Below, in pieces: positions 59,631 to 64,000 of a stretch of DNA of 64,000 nucleotides. The stretch comes from Vulcanimicrobiota bacterium (GTDB lineage: Bacteria; Vulcanimicrobiota; Vulcanimicrobiia; Vulcanimicrobiales; Vulcanimicrobiaceae): the NCBI GenBank assembly GCA_963833095.1, contig CAWHWQ010000001.1, forward strand, positions 640,001 through 704,000, in the 5' to 3' direction. The position numbers and the translations under genes are program-made. A model generated the notes under the pieces. The model was not told the origin of the DNA, ran no database searches, and worked only from the letters and a program-made list of their open reading frames with translations. The number at the start of each line of letters is the position of its first letter. Positions within the stretch are counted from its first letter, which is position 1.

Positions 59631-61796
59631 TCAGGAGCCCGCGGCGCTCTTCTCGCGTTTCGTGACGCGGTAGACGCGGCGCACGTTACGTAGACCCTCG
59701 AGCTTGGTGAGGATCTTGTGCAGATGATCGAGATCGCGAATCATCACGGTAAGGCTCGTCACCGCCATACCGTCCCGGCGCACCCGCGCGGTTACGGAAC
59801 TCACCGTCGTCTTGAGCTCAGCGAACACGGCCATGATGTCTTGCAGCAGTTGCGCGCGATCTTCGGCTTCGACTTCAACGTCGACCGAATGCATCATGTC
59901 GGCGCTTGCGACCCACTGCGCTTGCAAAATGCGCTCGGGTGTGGCGCTCATGTAGGCGACGTTGGGGCAATCGGCGCGATGCACGCTCACGCCGCGGCCG
60001 ATCGTCACATAGCCGATGATCGGGTCGCCCGGCACGGGGGAACAGCACTTGGACAGACGCACGAGCACGTCGTCGACGCCGGCGATGCGCACGCCGCTCG
60101 ATTTGCGCGCGGTCTTGCGGACCGTGGGCTTGCGAATCTGGGTCAGATCGACGACGTTATCGCCCTTGATCTCTTCGCGGATGCGGTTGAACACCGACTG
60201 CGCGGAGGCATCGCCGAAGCCAATCGCTGCGAACAGATCGGTCGGCGTGGGATAGTTCATGCGATGAGCGATGCGTTCGATCAGCTCGCCGCGCGCAAGA
60301 TCGGGCCGCATGCGCTCGCGTGCAAGCTCGGCTTCGACGGCCTCTTGCCCCGCGAGCACGTTCTCCTCGCGCTGTTCCTTACGGAACCACTGTTTGATCT
60401 TGTGCTTCGCGCCGCCGGTCTTGACGATCGAGAGCCAATCGAGTGAGGGTCGCCCGCTGGATTTATTGACCAGAATCTCGCAGATATCGCCGTTTTGCAA
60501 CGAACTGTCGAGCGGGACGATGCGGCCATTGACTTTCGCGCCGACGCAGTGGTTGCCGACGTCGGTGTGCACCTGATAGGCGAAGTCGAGCGGCGTTCCG
60601 CCGGCCGGAATCGAGAACACGTCGCCACGCGGCGAGAAGACGAAGGCTTGCGAATCAAACAGATCGAGTTTGAGGTTCTCCATGAACATGCGTGAATCGC
60701 GCATGTCCTTTTGCCATTCGAGCAGCGCGCGCAGCCAGGAGAGCTTGTTCTCGAACTGATCGGCCTTGCTGCCTTCTTTATAGCGCCAATGCGCGGCGAT
60801 CCCGTACTCGCTGGTGCGATGCATCTCCCACGTGCGGATCTGAATCTCGAGCGGCTCGCCCTGCGGCCCCACGACGGTCGTGTGCAACGATTGGTACATG
60901 TTGGGCTTGGGCATCGCGATGTAGTCTTTGAAGCGCCCCGGCAGCGGCGTCCACATCGCGTGCACGGCACCCAGCGCCGCGTAACAATCTTTTACCGAGT
61001 CGACGATGATGCGAATGGCGGTCAGATCATAAATCGTCTCGAAATCACGGCCCTTCTTGATCTTGGAATAGATCGAATAGAAGTGCTTTGGGCGCCCTTG
61101 AATCTCGGCGTTGACCGCCATCTCGGCAAACTCGCTGCGAAGCCGCTCGATCGCTTCGTGTACGTCGTTCTCGCGCTCACGTCGCGTCTTGGCCACGCGC
61201 TCGACGATCTCGCGATAGCCCTCGGGATCGAGGTAGCGCAGGCACTCGTCCTCGATCTCCCACTTGATCTTCCAGATACCTAGGCGGTGCGCGATTGGCG
61301 CGTAGATGTCGATCGTCTCGCGCGCTATCGAAAGGCGTTTAGCCGGGGGCAGGCTCTCCAGCGTCCGCATGTTGTGCAGCCGGTCGGCGAGCTTGATAAT
61401 GATGACGCGAATGTCGCGCGCCATCGCCATAAACATCTTGCGCAGGTTTTCCACCTGCGCGTCTTCTTTGGATTGATACGGGATGCGGGTTAGCTTGGTG
61501 ACCCCCTCGACCAGGCTCGCGATCTCTTCCCCAAATTCTGCGGTCACCTGTTCGCTGGTGATCGAGGTGTCCTCGACCACGTCGTGCAGCAGCGCTGCCG
61601 CAATCGTCTGACGGTCCATTTCGAGGTCGGCCAGGATGCCGGCTACAGCGAGCGGATGTTCGATGTAGGACTCGCCCGAGGCGCGGCGCTGCCCATCATG
61701 AGCCCGGTCGGCCACCTCATAGACGCGCCGCAGCCACTCACCGTCGAGGGTGGGGTCGTAGGTTTGGACGGCGCCGATCAGTTCCGCAATGGTCAT
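59631..61796 (-). CDS. relA: Bifunctional (p)ppGpp synthetase/hydrolase (long RSH)
   Basis: HDVVED, IKLADRLHNMRT, GRPKHFYSI, YQSLHT, TGS and ACT domains. Confidence 0.96.
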   Translation of the reverse strand: MTIAELIGAVQTYDPTLDGEWLRRVYEVADRAHDGQRRASGESYIEHPLAVAGILADLEMDRQTIAAALLHDVVEDTSITSEQVTAEFGEEIASLVEGVTKLTRIPYQSKEDAQVENLRKMFMAMARDIRVIIIKLADRLHNMRTLESLPPAKRLSIARETIDIYAPIAHRLGIWKIKWEIEDECLRYLDPEGYREIVERVAKTRRERENDVHEAIERLRSEFAEMAVNAEIQGRPKHFYSIYSKIKKGRDFETIYDLTAIRIIVDSVKDCYAALGAVHAMWTPLPGRFKDYIAMPKPNMYQSLHTTVVGPQGEPLEIQIRTWEMHRTSEYGIAAHWRYKEGSKADQFENKLSWLRALLEWQKDMRDSRMFMENLKLDLFDSQAFVFSPRGDVFSIPAGGTPLDFAYQVHTDVGNHCVGAKVNGRIVPLDSSLQNGDICEILVNKSSGRPSLDWLSIVKTGGAKHKIKQWFRKEQREENVLAGQEAVEAELARERMRPDLARGELIERIAHRMNYPTPTDLFAAIGFGDASAQSVFNRIREEIKGDNVVDLTQIRKPTVRKTARKSSGVRIAGVDDVLVRLSKCCSPVPGDPIIGYVTIGRGVSVHRADCPNVAYMSATPERILQAQWVASADMMHSVDVEVEAEDRAQLLQDIMAVFAELKTTVSSVTARVRRDGMAVTSLTVMIRDLDHLHKILTKLEGLRNVRRVYRVTKREKSAAGS

Positions 61797-61928
61797 GGGA
61801 GTATCTGACTATACTCTCATAATCGACCAACCGTAGCAACGAAAGATATCCCAGGGCTCTAGCAGATCCCTGAGGTTTGGTCGGGCAAATAAGGGGCGAG
61901 CTGACGAAGAGCCCGCTAAAGCAACGCT

Positions 61929-62342
61929 CTAGGGGAGCTTCTTGAGGAAGTTGATTGAGTCAATCTTGCCGTCTTGGCCAATCATCAGCTGCTCGAATAC
62001 CGGGGCGTTGGTGCACTCCATGCGATAGGTATAGCCAACTTCGCCGGGCGGTCCCCCGACAATCCGGAAATGGCCCATCCATACGGTGCTGACCAGCGCA
62101 CCGTAACTGCCCAGCGCTTTGGACATGTTCGAGACGGCATCGTCGGTCAAGCTCGCCTGCGCCGCCGGCGCGTAGTGTGTCTTATCAACGACTCCGGCTT
62201 GCCACGCGACGAATTCGTGACGCGCGACCGTGCTAATCGCGGGATCCTCGGGCGGGAGCGTTGGGGTCGCGGTCGGCGTCGGTCTGGCCCCGGCTCCAAG
62301 CGTCAGAACAAGCGCAGCGCTAATAACGAATGAACGAAACAA
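61929..62342 (-). CDS. Secreted hypothetical protein
   Basis: Signal-like N-terminus, PTPTATP linker; start uncertain. Confidence 0.55.
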   Translation of the reverse strand: MFRSFVISAALVLTLGAGARPTPTATPTLPPEDPAISTVARHEFVAWQAGVVDKTHYAPAAQASLTDDAVSNMSKALGSYGALVSTVWMGHFRIVGGPPGEVGYTYRMECTNAPVFEQLMIGQDGKIDSINFLKKLP

Positions 62343-62832
62343 CCTCGACCCCCGGGAGCGCCTCACGGCCCTTGAGCACATCGAGTTCAATGAGGAACGC
62401 GAAGGCATCGACGTGCGCTCCTAAGCGTTCAAGAAGACGACGCGTCGCCGCCGCTGTGCCGCCGGTCGCAAGCAAATCGTCGACGACGATCACACGATCG
62501 CCGTTGCCAAGCGCATCGGCGTGAATCTCGAGCGAGTTCGTTCCGTATTCCAGCGCATAGGATTCCGAAAGCTTGCTGTACGGCAGCTTGCCGGGTTTAC
62601 GCACCGGGATAAATCCGGCGCCGATGGCGTAGGCAAGGGGAGCTCCCAGCATGTAACCCCGCGCCTCGACGCCGACCACGTAATCGATCTTTTGATTCTT
62701 GAATCGGTCGACGAAAAGATCGATCGCTTCCTTGAACCCGTCTTTGTCTTTGAGAAGCGGCGTGATATCGCGAAAGAGGATCCCCGGAAGCGGAAAGTCG
62801 GGAATCGCTCGAATCAAATCTTGTGTCTTCAC
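62320..62832 (-). CDS. apt: Adenine phosphoribosyltransferase
   Basis: IPDFP..GILFRDITPLL, RKPGKLP, YALEYG, VDDLLATGGT. Confidence 0.96.
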   Translation of the reverse strand: MKTQDLIRAIPDFPLPGILFRDITPLLKDKDGFKEAIDLFVDRFKNQKIDYVVGVEARGYMLGAPLAYAIGAGFIPVRKPGKLPYSKLSESYALEYGTNSLEIHADALGNGDRVIVVDDLLATGGTAAATRRLLERLGAHVDAFAFLIELDVLKGREALPGVEVVSFIRY

Positions 62833-62851
62833 GACGGACGGGCATTCACCA

Positions 62852-63622
62852 GTGAAATACCAAGACCTCCGGCGCCTCGCCATCGCATTTGCATGTGCGC
62901 TCGCTCTCCACGTGGTGGCGGTTTCACTGATTCCCGCGCCCAAACCCATCACGACGCAGGATGAGCCGATTGTCGCCCGCGTCACCATCGCGCGCATCCT
63001 CCGAACGCCAAGACCAAGTCCTACGCCGGCACCGCTCCACCGCCTGACAACTTCTCAGGCTCCCGCAGGCGCGCACGCGCGCATCGAACGCGTCAAAGCC
63101 GCCGGCGCCAGGCGGCCCACCCCGCCAAAGGTCGTGTACGCGACGCCTGACGTTTCGATCCCGACCGGCGGTCAAGGTGCGGGCGCGCAGAACGGTCAGG
63201 ATTCCGGAAGCCTTTCAGACGTCAACGGCAATGGGAACGGCGCCGGCGACGCTGGCAACGGCAGCGGGAATGCCTCAGCGCCATGCGGCGCGGTCGACTT
63301 CGAATCCACGGGACAAGCTCGTTACGACGCGCAGACTGGCGACTACGAGCGGAACAACATTTTGGCTACGGTTTACTACACGGACGGGTCATCCGAGCGG
63401 ATTCCGCTCGACTGGACGTGGCACTACAAGAGTGAGGATGTTGACCCGTTCGCATCGAGCTCGCCAATGCTTTTCCAGTTTCCACCGCTGCAGCAGCGAC
63501 CAACCGAGCCACCACCGATCCAGTACATCATCGCTCACACCACCGCCGACGGCCGAACCAGACTGAACGATCACTGCCCGAATATTCCGCCGCCGCCGTC
63601 AGCCAGCCCGCAACCCCATTAA
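62852..63622 (+). CDS. Hypothetical membrane-anchored Pro/Gly-rich protein with TonB-like N-terminus
   Basis: ACALALH anchor, Pro-rich and Gly/Asn-rich linkers. Confidence 0.6.
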   Translation: MKYQDLRRLAIAFACALALHVVAVSLIPAPKPITTQDEPIVARVTIARILRTPRPSPTPAPLHRLTTSQAPAGAHARIERVKAAGARRPTPPKVVYATPDVSIPTGGQGAGAQNGQDSGSLSDVNGNGNGAGDAGNGSGNASAPCGAVDFESTGQARYDAQTGDYERNNILATVYYTDGSSERIPLDWTWHYKSEDVDPFASSSPMLFQFPPLQQRPTEPPPIQYIIAHTTADGRTRLNDHCPNIPPPPSASPQPH

Positions 63623-64000
63623 AAGATCCGCGAGCTCGTTGGGCGGAATCGCGCGGCTGAAATGGTAGCCTTGCGCGCGCTCGCAGGTGAGTTCGTTGAT
63701 GAAATCCCACTGCGCTTCGGTCTCGACGCCTTCGGCAATAATCTCCAGGTTGAGCGAACGCGCGAGCGCCACGATAGCGCGGACGATCGCGCGATCTTGC
63801 GGATCGTCGCCGGCGTCGCGGATGAATGTGCGGTCGATTTTTACCGCGCTGATCGGTAGGCGCTTGAGATACCCGAGCGCACTGTAGGCAACGCCGAAAT
63901 CGTCGACAATGATCCGAACGCCCAGGCCGCTGAGCGTTCGCATGGTCATCAACGCTACGTCGTCGATCTTCATGTTCTCGGTTATCTCGATCTCGAGCCC
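63599..64000 (-). CDS. EAL-domain (c-di-GMP phosphodiesterase-type) protein, 3' part
   Basis: LEIEITE, VDDFG, VKIDRTF, IAEGVET, AQGY. Confidence 0.9.
   Translation of the reverse strand, partial: GLEIEITENMKIDDVALMTMRTLSGLGVRIIVDDFGVAYSALGYLKRLPISAVKIDRTFIRDAGDDPQDRAIVRAIVALARSLNLEIIAEGVETEAQWDFINELTCERAQGYHFSRAIPPNELADLLMGLRAG

Noticed and set aside
269..63887. Numerous long antisense or alternative-frame ORFs and N-terminal extensions in the ORF track (e.g. 38128-39237, 50747-51874, 7067-7789)
   Set aside because: Arg/Ala-rich shadows expected in high-GC DNA, overlapping well-supported genes and lacking motifs.

Overview
GC-rich bacterial chromosome segment. Taxonomy is an inference: the rplI-lonC-dnaB order is Terrabacteria-like, while the outer-membrane barrel, TonB-type domain, copper-amine-oxidase-N protein and many small secreted proteins fit a diderm lineage such as Vulcanimicrobiota/Ca. 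Eremiobacterota. Scattered single-base frameshifts (rplI, ECF sigma, 55.9-59.6 kb) suggest long-read assembly errors. Core genes include dnaB, lonC, rplI, rpsR, glnA-amt, ssb, rpsF, a RelA/SpoT gene, apt and tRNA-Thr(CGT). The normally contiguous rpsF-ssb-rpsR-rplI unit is split by about 34.5 kb of mixed metabolic and accessory genes. The most unusual structure lies just downstream of ssb (46.1-50.2 kb): co-oriented genes are separated by copies of a composite ~150-bp direct repeat (hairpin, a 39-bp core identical in two copies, 8-bp tandem units, conserved end motif). The array ends in an isolated 22-codon fragment of comM/yifB that breaks at the Walker-B coding region, a known integration hotspot. 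No integrase, transposase, cas gene or CRISPR array is visible in the window. All protein calls come from motif recognition by eye; no database searches were run.
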